Positions 1 to 11,099 of a DNA stretch of 64,000 nt are shown here, piece after piece; position 1 is the stretch's first letter; each line of letters starts with the position of its first letter. The notes under the pieces were generated by a model that did not search any database, had not been told where the DNA came from, and was given only the letters and a program-made list of their open reading frames with translations. The DNA comes from Gekko japonicus (lineage: Eukaryota), in assembly GCF_001447785.1 (NCBI RefSeq), contig NW_015161948.1, positions 856,367-920,366 on the forward strand, in the 5' to 3' direction. Position numbers and translations under genes: made by a program.

Positions 1-452
1 AGACCACCAAGCCCAGCGACTATCCCATATCAAATATACTCACACCAGGAATTCATCCTAGGAACATATCCTAGAATACTGTTTCTTAGCAGCCTACTTG
101 ATATGGAAGACATTCTAGAAGTCAATGTTTGAAACTTTAGTACACTTAAGCTTGAGAATTTTGCAATGTAAGTACCTCCATTTGGAGTGTGAACCTGCAA
201 AACCAGGGAGAAAAAATTATCTGGTAAAAGCTATAGCTGCCTCTTTACTACAAGTAATATGCTGATATTATTCCCAACTCTTTCAAATACATGTTTTAAA
301 AGGCTCATTTTAAAAACACATTTTAAAAGATTTGTTAGCAAACACAAGAAAACACAGACTTCTTTTTCAGTACTAGAAAGATGTCATTAAACATGAACAT
401 GATGCCTGTATAGGAGAGCAGAAAGAAAATCAAGTTTTTGAAAACTGAATAT

Positions 453-805
453 ATGCCCCGATCACACGGGCTGGATATCGTGCCGGGGGGGGGGGGGCTA
501 ATTGCCCCGGCGCAGTTTGATCTGCAATTACCCAATCAAACTGGCACACCACGGGTCCTTCCCTCGGTGCCGGCAGGTAAACGAGGGACATGCCACGCGC
601 CGGCGCGATCACACCATGGGAGTCTGGAGGCAGCCCGTGGCAAACGTTTACTAGTACTTTGGAGGTACTAGTTTTTTAACACGCATTTTCGGCGGTAAGC
701 CACGGGTGTGCTCCATTTCCCAGATGTTGGGGTGTGATCGTGCCCGGATAATCCGCCCACCATCCGTGCTTCTCCCGTGGCAACTTTGCTGTGTGACCGG
801 AGCCC
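453..805. mobile_element. CpG-rich MITE, PIF/Harbinger-like
   Basis: Imperfect terminal inverted repeats GCCCCGATCACAC / GTGTGACCGGAGC, internal echoes of the same motif, sharp CpG-rich island in an AT-rich intron. Confidence 0.45.
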
Positions 806-899
806 TAGTCTAGCAACAAATACAAAGCTTGAATAATTGTGTGGTTACTACTCTAGACCAACTGCTACCAAGTTCTCATGTCATAGTTTTTATAGGACT

Positions 900-1280
900 A
901 TGGAGGAAAATGGTACAGAAACTGAGAAGCTGCTGAAGAGGGTTCAGGAGCTGGAAGATACTGTGCAAAGTTTGCAAGAAAAACTCCTAGAGAGGACGGA
1001 GACCACAGGCACAGGAAGAGCCCCTCCAACAGCTGGAAAAACTAAGAAGCGCCAGCAGCGGCCATTTGATTTTAGTGCTTCTGGCCGGAGACATGTAGCT
1101 CTGAAGATAGCCTACCTGGGCTGGGAATACCAGGGCTTTGCTAGCCAGGAGAACACCACCAATACTATTGAAGAGAAACTGTTTGAGTCTCTAATCAAAA
1201 CCCGGCTGGTGGAGAGCAGGCAATCTTCTAATTATCATCGCTGTGGGCGCACAGACAAAGGAGTCAGTGCCTTTGGACAG
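900..1280 (+). CDS. PUS3: PUS3 coding exon 1
   Basis: ATG 900, MEENG...RTDKGVSAFGQ, donor GTAAGC at 1281. Confidence 0.95.
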
Positions 1281-4200
1281 GTAAGCACTACCTTTGTTAG
1301 ACCTCTATGTGGGATTGTTGGCTTGGGTGTGAAGTTTAAGACGGCCACTCTCTTCTTTCATTTTTCCCTCCTTTCTTAATGCATCCTCTCCTGTTCTCTG
1401 ATTAGATCTATGAGCAGGGAGTGGATTGACTAACAGCAAGCATTTGTATTGCATTATCAAAGTTACAGTCAACGTTAAATTAAAAGATTGAAATTTAAAT
1501 ATATCGACACTTGGGTCTCTGTTGTTCAACAGACTTGAGCTAGTAGTATATAGGGATTAAAAAAGTTATGTGTTTAGTTCCAAGAAATAAATACTAAATA
1601 AAACACATTTGTAAGGCATTAAGGCAGCACAGTAACTTGTACCTTTATTGACCAAAACCCTTTTTCTACAGTAACTTGTACCTTTATTGACCAAAAACCT
1701 TTGTCATATTTTGCTAATCAACTGATAATTAAGAGACATTTAGAATTTTAATTTCAGGATTACTATTGTTATGTTGGGTTAGTTCCAGATGAAATTTTCA
1801 TCAGCAGAACAGAAAGTTTCCTGGCTCTCCCCCTCCTAGTGCAATCTACCAACCTCCACAAAATTCTGTTGCTGGAGGATTGGGGACCCTGAGGATCAAT
1901 GTGAGGAAGTCCTGTTATGGGATGGGGGAATCAGTGGAAACTTCCAATGTAGCCAACCTAACCCACTGACACCCTTGTTTTCCACCGCATGCAGGCAGCT
2001 CAGGAAACTTAACTGGATAAACACTTCCTTAGTACCCAGAAGTAATTTAATAAGGAGCCAAAGGTATTTGCTGTCAGTATCTGTTTGAGGAACTGTATTG
2101 TAACTTATTAAAAACTGGTATTTTTGTTGAGTTAAAGGGGATGAATTTATCAGGACATCATGAGAAGGGTCGCAAGTTACATTCTATCATCAGCTTCCAA
2201 ATAGAGTTTCAAAGTGGAATTTCTAAAAATTATTATGTGTACCAATTTATTTGTTCTTGTTTTACACATGTAACTGTAGAATATAATACTTCTCTCCAAT
2301 GCTTCAGGTGATCTCCCTGGATCTCCGCTCAAACTTTTCAGAGAAGACAGTAGATGAACCTGGGATTACCACAAAAGACAAAGCTAGCAGTACATCTGAG
2401 GAGATCCGCTACACCCATATTTTAAATCGGGTGCTCCCTCCTGACATACGAGTACTGGCCTGGGCCCCAGTAGATTCCAACTTCAGTGCGAGATTCAATT
2501 GCCTGAAGAGGACATATCGCTACTTTTTCCCTCATGGTGACTTGGATGTAGCTCTCATGAATACTGCAGCACAGAGATTTGTGGGAACTCACGACTTTCG
2601 TAATCTATGCAAAATGGATGTAGCTAATGGTGTGACCAATTTTCAAAGAACAATTCTCAATGCAGAGGTGCAGCCTGTGGATAGAGAGATAACCAAGCAA
2701 CAAGACCCTTTCCGAATGTACCAGTTTGAAGTGACAGGCCAGGCGTTCCTCTATCATCAAGTCCGTTGTATGATGGCTATCCTCTTCCTGATTGGACAAA
2801 GGATGGAGAAGCCAGAAATCATTGACGAGTTACTGGATATAGAGAACAATCCTAGAAAACCACAATACAGGTAATACTTGGCTAAAAAAACCTTAAGCGT
2901 ACTCATGTTAATCTGTTACAGCAAAAATTAAGAAGAGAAGAGATTGGATTTATACCCCGCCCTTCACTACCCAAAGGAATCTCAGAGCATCTTACAAACT
3001 CCTTTCCCTTCCCCTCCCCACAACAGACACCCTGTGAGCAATGTTCCCTCTAAGCTGTGGAGTCTTGTGAGCAAACATTCTACTTTGTGAGCTACTGGCG
3101 TTAAAGTTGTGAGTGAGTGATTTGGCTGCTGCATAAATTAGTTTGCTCTGGAGCCCTCCTTCCTGAAATAAGGCAAAAATGTGTGAGCCGGAGGCTAAAA
3201 ACTGTGAGCTAGCTCACACTAACTCAGCTTAGAGGGAACACTGCCTGCGAGGTAGGTGGTGCTGAGACAGCTCTGACAGAAACGGCTCTTTTTCCAGAAC
3301 AGCTCTTATCAGAACTACGGCTTGCCCAAGGTCATCCAGCAGCTGCAAGTGGAGGAGTGGGGAATCAAACCCGGTTCTCCCAGATTAGAGTCCGCACACT
3401 TAACCACTACACCATACTGCAGTCATAGTGGTCTTATTGTGTTGGCTATGGGTTTATGTAGCCCAGTGTGGGTGTTTCCCAGCCCTGTTCTCTGAAATCT
3501 CTTTAACTGGACATTGAACCTGGGTGCTTTTGTAGCAATGCATATATTCTACTATTACCTCCTGACCTGGATGGCCCAGGCTAGCCTGATCTCAGAAGTT
3601 AAGTAGGGCTAGCCCTGGTTAGTGCTTTGGATGGGAGACCACCAAGGAAGTCCAGGGTTGCCACACAGAGGCAGACAATGGCAAACCACCTCTGAACATC
3701 CCTTGTCTTGAAAACCCTATGGAGTCACCATAAGTTGGCTGCACTTTCCACCATCTCCATTAGCTAGGGGTCTTTCCTTCTGTCCCACAGTACCTTAAGG
3801 ACTGACATTATTGCACATCCGAGGAGACAGCCTTGTCTTTACAAGCTTGTGCAATAGATTGCCTTAGAATGTCTCAAGATTCTGCATTCTCTGTTAAATT
3901 AACATGTGAAAATTGGGGTGTGTGGAGAGGAGTCAGACTTAGTCTAGGTGGCACAAGTGGCACTTGTCCATTGCTGAACTCTAGTGTGCTCTCAAGTGTT
4001 TTGAACTGGGGACAAACAAATTATGCGGAGAGGAGACCTGTAGAAATACAAACAGTAAATACACACCAGAATTGGACTTCCACACAAATTCTGTCTGTAG
4101 CACACTTGGCCCCAAAGGTAAGGTAGTACTGCCTTGATTTATTGGAATCTAAAACTATATGGATTCATGATTATTCATATTGCATCTGATTAGTCTGATG

Positions 4201-6289
4201 TCAGTCAGGCTAATATAGTTTAGGGGAAAATAATTTCCTGTGGCCTTTGGCACTTAAAAGAATGCTCCTTCTCCCATCACATTTAGAGTTTGTAGTTTAA
4301 GATCAAGGATACCCAACGTCACATACTTCCAGGGGTCATTTCTAGAAAAAGAGGTGCAGGAGCTCATTAGCATAACTTATTTGCATATGCCACACCCCTG
4401 CCATCAACGAAAGTATGTCAGAAGGTGGGAGAGCTCGTACCTGAATAAACCTTGGTCTTAAAGGTGCCACTGGACTCTTTTGACTTGCTATCGGTCTACC
4501 TGAACAAGCCTTGGGCTTAAAGGTGCCACAGGACTGTTTTGGATTGCTAGCTATGGGGGGAGAAATGCACCGATCTAGGAAGGAAGGAAGGAAGGAAAGA
4601 AAGAAAGAAAGGGAGGGCAAAGAGATGGGGGAGAGGCTCCCCACCACCAAGCCCCCGCTACCCACCCACCCCGATCAAGCCCCTGACACCACCCTGCACC
4701 AGCCAGGTGCTGGGAAAGGTGGGGGGCCCCCGCTCTGTAGGCCTTTCCTGGGCCGTTCACCAAGGCAAGCAGGCCAGGAAAGGCAGGCGAGGGGGGGGGC
4801 TCTGTAGGCACTCTGGAGGAGTGGCACTGGGGGCCCCGTGCAGCTGCACGGGCCTGGAGAGACAACACTGGGGGGGTTGGGAAGGGCTCTCTCGGGCCCA
4901 CAGGGGCCTGAAGAGACAATGCTGGGGGGTTGGGGAGGCCTTTACAGGGCCTGGAAAGGCAGGGGGTGAGATACATAACTTACCTTGCTTCTTCCTTGTC
5001 TTCCCTGGCTGACTGAGGGGAGGGCTGCTGGGAGCAGGGGGCAGGGCTTGCTACATGTCCCCACCCCCTGGCCTCTCTGCCGGAGGATTGCTCCGGCTCG
5101 AAATGAGGCCTGCATACTTCCAATTCTGTTTTGACAGTTCACAAACATCTGGTTTTACCAAAACAGTATACTGTATCTGAAAACCAGTTTTCCTAAAATT
5201 AGCATCTTTTTATGGAAACGAGAATGTGTAGGTCCAAACTATTATGAATTACCATTTGTTTATTTTGCTTTTTGCAAATAATTAACTGGTGAGGGCTCCT
5301 AAAGACTGTTCCTCTGATCCACCTCTGTGTTCATGCAACGTGTAGCACAAGACCAGTGGTCTCAAATAAAAGTGCCTCTCCCTGTGTGCATCAACAGAAT
5401 ATCCAGATCATTTAGTGGGGTCCAGATCAGCATTATGATGCAGTTGTTCAACTGCATTCACATCAAGTGTTGTATACGATTCTAAGCGCAGCAAGGGATC
5501 TTCACATGGATGCCAGCTTCCACACATGCTTAACTGCTGCACTGAAATATCAAGTCTACTTTTTAGTTTTCATTTCAAAAAAAAATTTTTTTTGTTTTTG
5601 CAGCATGGCAGTGGAATTTCCTCTGGTCCTCTATGACTGCGAGTTTGAAAACCTCCAATGGATCTATGACCGTGAAGTCCAGGAGTTTAACGTTACTCAT
5701 TTACAGCAGCTATGGGCTAACCATGCTGTTAAATCTCATATGCTGCACAGCATGTTACAGGGACTAGATTTTGTTGGAATACCCACAGGTAGGATTCTAT
5801 GCATTTATTGTATCTGGGTCAGTGGATGATACCAGCATGCCCCTTTCATTATTCCACACTTGTGCTTACAGCAATCCAAAAGGGGCAGAGGAACCAGGGG
5901 AAGGTTATCCATAGTGCTCTAGGTATTCCTCTGACAGTGTTACGAGCACCATCTTCTATATATTTACAGGTTTAAGCAATGACACTACAATTCCTTGGAA
6001 AGAAATAAAACCTCCAGTTCACAACCAAATCAGTGCTTTGATCGAGGGAGTAAAAGCCCGCAACTACAAACCGTTAATGGATCGCCCCAAATGTGAAGGT
6101 TTGGAGTCTCGCATCAGTCACTTTGTGCGTCGAGGACGCATTGAACTTCCACACTGCAAGAAAATAAAGCACACTGAAACAGAAGCAAATGAACAGGTGA
6201 AAATTAAGAGCAGTTTCCATGATATTGGAGAGAAGGACCATGAAGTTTTAGAAAAAGCTGCAAAGAGGATTTGTGTGAGTGCAGACTGA
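900..6289 (+). CDS. PUS3: tRNA pseudouridine(38/39) synthase PUS3 (TruA family), 4 coding exons, ~482 aa
   Basis: Exons 900-1280, 2308-2870, 5604-5788, 5970-6289; all GT-AG with matching phases (0,2,1). Motifs RHVALKIAYLGWEYQGFASQE, catalytic RCGRTDKGVSA, GTHDFRNLCKMD, GQAFLYHQVRCM, YKPLMDRPKCEGLESRI. An acceptor AG at 894-895 implies an upstream non-coding exon outside the window. Confidence 0.96.
2308..2870 (+). CDS. PUS3: PUS3 coding exon 2
   Basis: CAG acceptor 2305-2307; VISLDLRS...NPRKPQY; donor GTAATA at 2871. Confidence 0.95.
2930..3418 (-). mobile_element. tRNA-derived SINE with L2-type tail, interrupted by a hAT MITE
   Basis: Near-identical to 12037-12316; split by the MITE at 3039-3243. 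Confidence 0.75.
3039..3243 (+). mobile_element. ~205-bp non-autonomous hAT MITE (family A)
   Basis: TIRs CAATGTTCCCTCTAAGCTG / CAGCTTAGAGGGAACACTG; 8-bp TSD CCTGTGAG/CCTGCGAG. Confidence 0.9.
3564..3752 (+). mobile_element. 5S rRNA-derived SINE
   Basis: Head resembles the 5S internal control region (CCTGGTTAGT..TTGGATGGGAGACC); similar to 21163-21372. Confidence 0.7.
4330..5112. mobile_element. 783-bp non-autonomous hAT element (family B) with GC-rich repetitive interior
   Basis: TIRs CAGGGGTCATTTC / GAAATGAGGCCTG; perfect 8-bp TSD CATACTTC (4322-4329, 5113-5120); shares terminal sequence with 24449-24678. Confidence 0.85.
5604..5788 (+). CDS. PUS3: PUS3 coding exon 3
   Basis: T-tract + CAG 5601-5603; (S)MAVEFPLVLYDCEF...GIPT; donor GTAGGA at 5789. 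Confidence 0.92.
5970..6289 (+). CDS. PUS3: PUS3 terminal coding exon
   Basis: TTTACAG acceptor; in frame with IEGVKARNYKPLMDRPKC...; TGA 6287-6289; AATAAA near 6409 and 6504. Confidence 0.9.
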
Positions 6290-6671
6290 TGTTTCTATTT
6301 CTGGGACTACCTCTTTATACATATCTATGCATGTATTGATACAACACTCTTCATTTGTGGAGATACTCCTCCAAGACTAAGAGATGTCAGTGTTTTGCTA
6401 CTTTGAGAAATAAACTTTTTATGTTGACTTCGAGGTATTTAAAGAGAGATTGGGAAACCACCATACTGGCTCTGCGGTTTCTTTCAAGATGTGCTAGTAG
6501 AAAAATAAACAAATGGTATTGATGTTTTAACCAATTGCCTAGTAAACAATAAAAGATGTTGGGTACAAAAAGACTGCAGAGAACAAATCCAAGATTAACT
6601 AAATCCACTGCTTAGGCTATGCTAGGGAAGAAAAAGGAAAGTAAGTAGTTTTCTATTATAGACACACTATT

Positions 6672-8455
6672 TTCTTTTCGTTTTTTTAAATCCCCGTAGG
6701 GATATTTTTTATTTTGCATATACTACAAACTACAAAGAAATATAGGGGAGGGACTACAACTAGGGATAAAGAAAAGCAAACCACACTAGACTAAAACCCC
6801 AAGAGAAGGAGATCTTTTCACTGTTAGTAAATATGTTAGTACCATTAGTTTTATTATCACAATATACTTGTTGAGTTCTTGCTTATAACAATTCGCTTCT
6901 TGTATGTTATTTTGTTAGTTGTTATGAGAGAAGTCTCTGATCATCTTCTTATTCTTTGCTTCAAAAGGCCATTTTCCAAGTCCTTCTGCCTTTACTTCGG
7001 CTTTCTGTCTCTAAAATCGTATACCACTCTGGCAGGTCCTGCACCCTTTTCTGCCGCAGAATCCTCTTCCGTTCCCGAGGTAGCAGAGTCACTCGACTTC
7101 GATTCTCCCTCTTTAGACTCATCATCTGTCCCCAGCAGACATTTCAAAAATTCTTTAGCTTTAAAAGTGGAGTCTATTTTCTCCCTTCTATCGTTGATCT
7201 TAAAGATCTTCCGGAACCACCCATCTGTACGATATTCCATTCGTTTGAAGAAAATAAATTAATTCCTTGTAATTTTTCCTCTTTTGTCTAATTTCAAATG
7301 GAATGTCCTTTAAAATTTTAATGGTTACATTTCCCATTTTCAGTGGAGTTGCTGATGTTGCTTTAAAATGGCATCTCTGGTTTGTCTTCTTGAAAACTTG
7401 ACCACTATTTCTCCAGGTAGGCTATTTTTTTAATATAGCCCTATAGGCTGTCTCCATTTCGTTTACCAGTTCATCCGCTGTTAAACCTACTACTGGAGCG
7501 ATGATCTCACTGAGCACCCTCTTAAAGTCTTCCCGATCCGTTTCAGGAACCCCCTGAAACCTGAGAATCATGTTAGCTTTTTCCATCTGAAGCTGCAAGA
7601 CTCGATTCTCTTGGCAATTCTGCTTCATTTCCACCTCTCCCATCCTTTTCTTCAACTTCTTACTTGTGGTGTCAATCTCTTTAATTTTCTCGTTTGCCTG
7701 CTCCACTTTTTTCTCCGTCTCGTTCAGCTGAAGCTGCTGTGCCGCAAAGTTTTTATTCATCACAGTCAATTGCTGGTTAATACCATCGAGTTGTTCCATC
7801 ACCGGCTTGAGCATATCCGCCAGGAGTTTGAGGACATCTGCTCCCTCTTCTGATCTCGGACTCTGCCCGCCCGGCTTCGTTTTAAACTTTCTCTGCTGTG
7901 CTGCCATCTTTCCCGTTTTGTTTACAGTTTCTGCCGCTTCCCCACGACTCGGAAAACTCGCCAAACGACTTCGCAATTCAGATAAGTCTCTCAAAACACT
8001 TTCGGTTTACTTCCTCCCCTCTCCCTTCGTGTCTTAACTGCTCATTCACAAAAGAGGCGTCCCTCTTTGCAATCTGTTTCCAATCGCGAGGGGGGGAAAT
8101 CACTTTTCAAACTAATCTGTTTTTATTCAGAACTCACGTTCATTGTTGGCCAGTTTATCTGACCATGCTCGGTTTTACGCCATTCCGCTTGATCTCTGGC
8201 GCTTGTCCCGGTCAGTCCAGCTTATGCCCGAAGGCCACTCAGCAACTGGACCGTCGGGGCGGAGGGGAGCCTCAATTCTCCGGCATTACGCCATTGAAGA
8301 GGCTACCCCTCAAAAGCCCCCTGGCCTGGAGCCTATCGCAAAGGCTCCACGGGGGTGTCACTTGAGGTGGCACCCCTCCAGGCCGCTGGTGTGCGATTCA
8401 CCCTCCTCCGTTGTGAGGAGAGCATCCGCCATTGCTGTTCCGTCGACCGGAAGTC
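6672..8455 (-). mobile_element. Full-length ORF1-only L1-clade retroelement (HAL1-like)
   Basis: 16-bp TSD TTATAGACACACTATT (6656-6671, 8456-8471); 5' end GACTTCCGG...CAATGGCGG; ~550-nt CpG-rich 5'UTR; frameshifted ORF1 7907-6992; AATAAA plus A-rich tail; no ORF2. Confidence 0.85.
6992..7907 (-). pseudogene. L1-type ORF1p (coiled coil + RRM + CTD) broken by ~3 frameshifts
   Basis: MAAQQRK...heptad coiled coil...ANMILRFQGVPE; shifted frames continue LPGEIVVKFSRRQTRDAIL, TIKILKDIPFEIRQKRKNYKELIYFLQTNGISYRWVVP, then INDRREKIDSTFKAKEFL and an acidic tail. Confidence 0.8.
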
Positions 8456-8801
8456 TTATAGACACACTATTGATAAAGAGAGAAGCAATAGAACCAAGCA
8501 TATTCTAATATGGAATAATTCTAATAATGGAATAAACACAGAATAGACATTCAAAATTCACTTTTGTAAACGTTCACTCTAATAATTACATCACAAAAAC
8601 AGTGTGGCCTGTGTTTAAAATTCAAGTTCATATTATTTGTGGTACCACAGTCATCACCTCTTTCTCCCTCTGCTCAAGTGTAGCACACTACAGTATATTA
8701 CTCTTGTTCAGTTCCCAAACAGATTTTGCATTATGGTAGTTACCCACCTATACTCCTATTGTATTCACTAGGCATCCTTTACAGATGTGCATGCATGTAT
8801 A

Positions 8802-9363
8802 CTGTCCATGGGGTTTTAAATTAAAAGACGCCTGCTCCTTGGGAGGAAAGCGATGGCGAACCTAAACAGCATGATAAAAAGTAGAGACATCACCCTGCCA
8901 ACAAAAGTCCGCATGGTCAAAGCAATGGTATTCCCAGTAGTCATGTATGGCTGCGAGAGTTGGACTATAAGGAAGGCCGAGCGCCGAAGAATAGATTCTT
9001 TTGAACTATGGTGCTGGAGAAGACTCTTGAGAGTCCCTTGGACTGCAAGAAGATCAAATCAGTCAATCCTAAAAGAAATCAACCCTGACTGTTCCCTGGA
9101 AGGCCAGATAATGAAACTGAAGCTCAAATAGTTTGGCCACCAAATGAGAAGGGAGCACTCACTGGAGAAAACCCTGATGCTGGGAAAGATTGAAGGTCAA
9201 AGAAGACGGGGACGGCAAAGGATGAGATGGTTAGACAGTGTCGTAGATGCAACGAACATGAAGTTGAGCAAACTTCAGAGGACGGCAGAAGACAGGAAGG
9301 CCTGGCGTGATCTGGTCCATGGGGTTGCGAAGAGTCGGACTCGACCGTGCGACTGAACAACAA
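8802..9363 (+). mobile_element. 5'-truncated BovB (RTE) LINE
   Basis: RT C-terminus SRDITLPTKVRMVKAMVFPVVMYGCESWTIRKAERRRIDSFELWCWRRLLRVPW...EKTLMLGKIEG; one in-frame TAG (9129-9131); CTGAACAACAA tail; 11-bp TSD ATGCATGTATA (8791-8801, 9364-9374). Confidence 0.93.
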
Positions 9364-9532
9364 ATGCATGTATAACTAATTTAGCATTAACTCCCACTAA
9401 ATTTACTTGTGAGTAATTAGGTTTGCTGCTGTGTGGCTAATACTGCAACATAAAACCATTGCTTTTTTTGCCCTAACTTCGTGGGACAAGCAGCATGAAC
9501 ATTTACTCAGAAATAAGTTTGAGTTCATAGGA

Positions 9533-9888
9533 GTGACAGAGACGGAGACATAGGAGGACGTGGTGACGTGCGCAGGCGCAGCGGAGCCGGATCGGATGTT
9601 AGCTGGGCTGTAAGTCTACATGTACCATGCACTAGAGGAGCCCGCCTAGAAAGAAAGCCGCCGGACACCGGAGACACCAGGAACATAGGAACACCGACGC
9701 CCGAAAAAAAGACTGCCCGGGAACAAGCCGAGAACAGCGAGCCCTGCCACCTGGGTGCCGATAGGTAGCCCCGACCCCTGTAAACATGTGGCCTTAGTTA
9801 GGGATAATTCGGAACTGTGTAAACCGCTCCGAGACCCTTCGGGGTTTGGAGCGGTATAGAAATCTAAAGTATAAATAAATAAATATAT
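9533..9888 (+). mobile_element. CpG-rich retroposon with L2-type 3' stem-loop and (TAAA)n tail
   Basis: 3' end TGTAAACCGCTCCGAGACCCTTCGGGGTTTGGAGCGGTATAGAAAT...(TAAA)n; possible 6-bp TSD ATAGGA. Confidence 0.55.
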
Positions 9889-11099
9889 ATAGGAACACTG
9901 CATGCTATTATTTGTACGAGACTATTGCTGCCTTAAAGCATAATACAGGCAGTACTGATCAATCTCTGACTGTAAGTTGCTTACACAACTTAAAACTGTT
10001 GTGTGTGGGGAACAATAGAGTATGGTCTGAAGGTGTGGGATGTGACAACTTTACTGGCTTGGATGGCAGACCTTACAGAAATCCTACGTATACGGACTTG
10101 AATCTTGTAATGGAAGAAAGATGAGACATAAATGAGAACTGCCAACACCAGAGGAAGAAGATAAGAGAAGCACCCATCCAAGACTTCAAAGATCATATTT
10201 TTTAACTGATGCCTGATTTAATTTAGTTGCCATAAACCACCAAGCAGGAGAAAATTCAGTAAATAAACAGGGCAGATGGCACAGATGTGACCAAACACCA
10301 TTAACCATGGTAAAGAAGCTTAGGATTTGGAGCCTTAATGAACCGTTTAACCTCTTCTCTGTCACTTAGCTTACATAGGATGCAGAATTCTATACACAGA
10401 CTAGAGAGAAAAGACAAAGAAACAGTATGGTTTGTCCAAACCTATACCCTAGGCCTTTCCCTCCAGAAACGCATACATTCTGATAGTTGAATGCTTAAAA
10501 CTAAATTCCTATTCTGATATTGACTGTGGATTTCATCATTGTAAATTGTGCTTTAATTTTGTGAGCTTTGTCATTTTATAATTACAGCTGTGCTGTTAAC
10601 CCTACACCACCTCAAGCAACTCTTTAAAGGAGTCAGGCAGCATATAAATAATCTAACTAACAATAAATATGCATCTGGACGTTTCATTTTCTGTTATTTA
10701 GCTGAATACATTCACTAGCACAATAGTACTATACAGAGTAACCCTGTCAGTGAGCTTAAATTGAAGTAATTTTTGCAAAAGACCGCACTATAGATCTCAC
10801 AGCCAATGCTTAGGTTATCAGACAAGGTCTGGGCAAAGACTTGAGTTCGAATCCTCACTCAGTTATAAAACCGGTGGGAGGGACCTTGGGCCATGAATTT
10901 TCATTCAGCCTAACCTACCTCATAGGGCTGTTGTGAAATTAAAAGTAAAGATTGTCGTGTAGACGACAACAGACACCGGGGGTAAGAAACAGCATAGAGA
11001 AACAATTTCATAAACAAATATATGGAACAGCAATTTATAAATGAGGGAGGGAAGGAGATGCGATAAAAGCCTTTGTGGTAATCCCTTACTGGGGAGCTT

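Noticed and set aside
1-895. HYLS1 coding exon in PUS3 intron 1
   Set aside because: No HYLS1-like reading frame is recognisable in the visible part of the intron.
4342-5148. Stack of overlapping Pro/Gly-rich ORFs
   Set aside because: All lie inside a GC-rich hAT element with TIRs and TSD; few stops because of composition, and no transposase motifs.
6879-8508. Several plus-strand ORFs (127, 111, 155, 121 aa)
   Set aside because: Antisense shadows of the L1-type ORF1 and its GC-rich 5'UTR.
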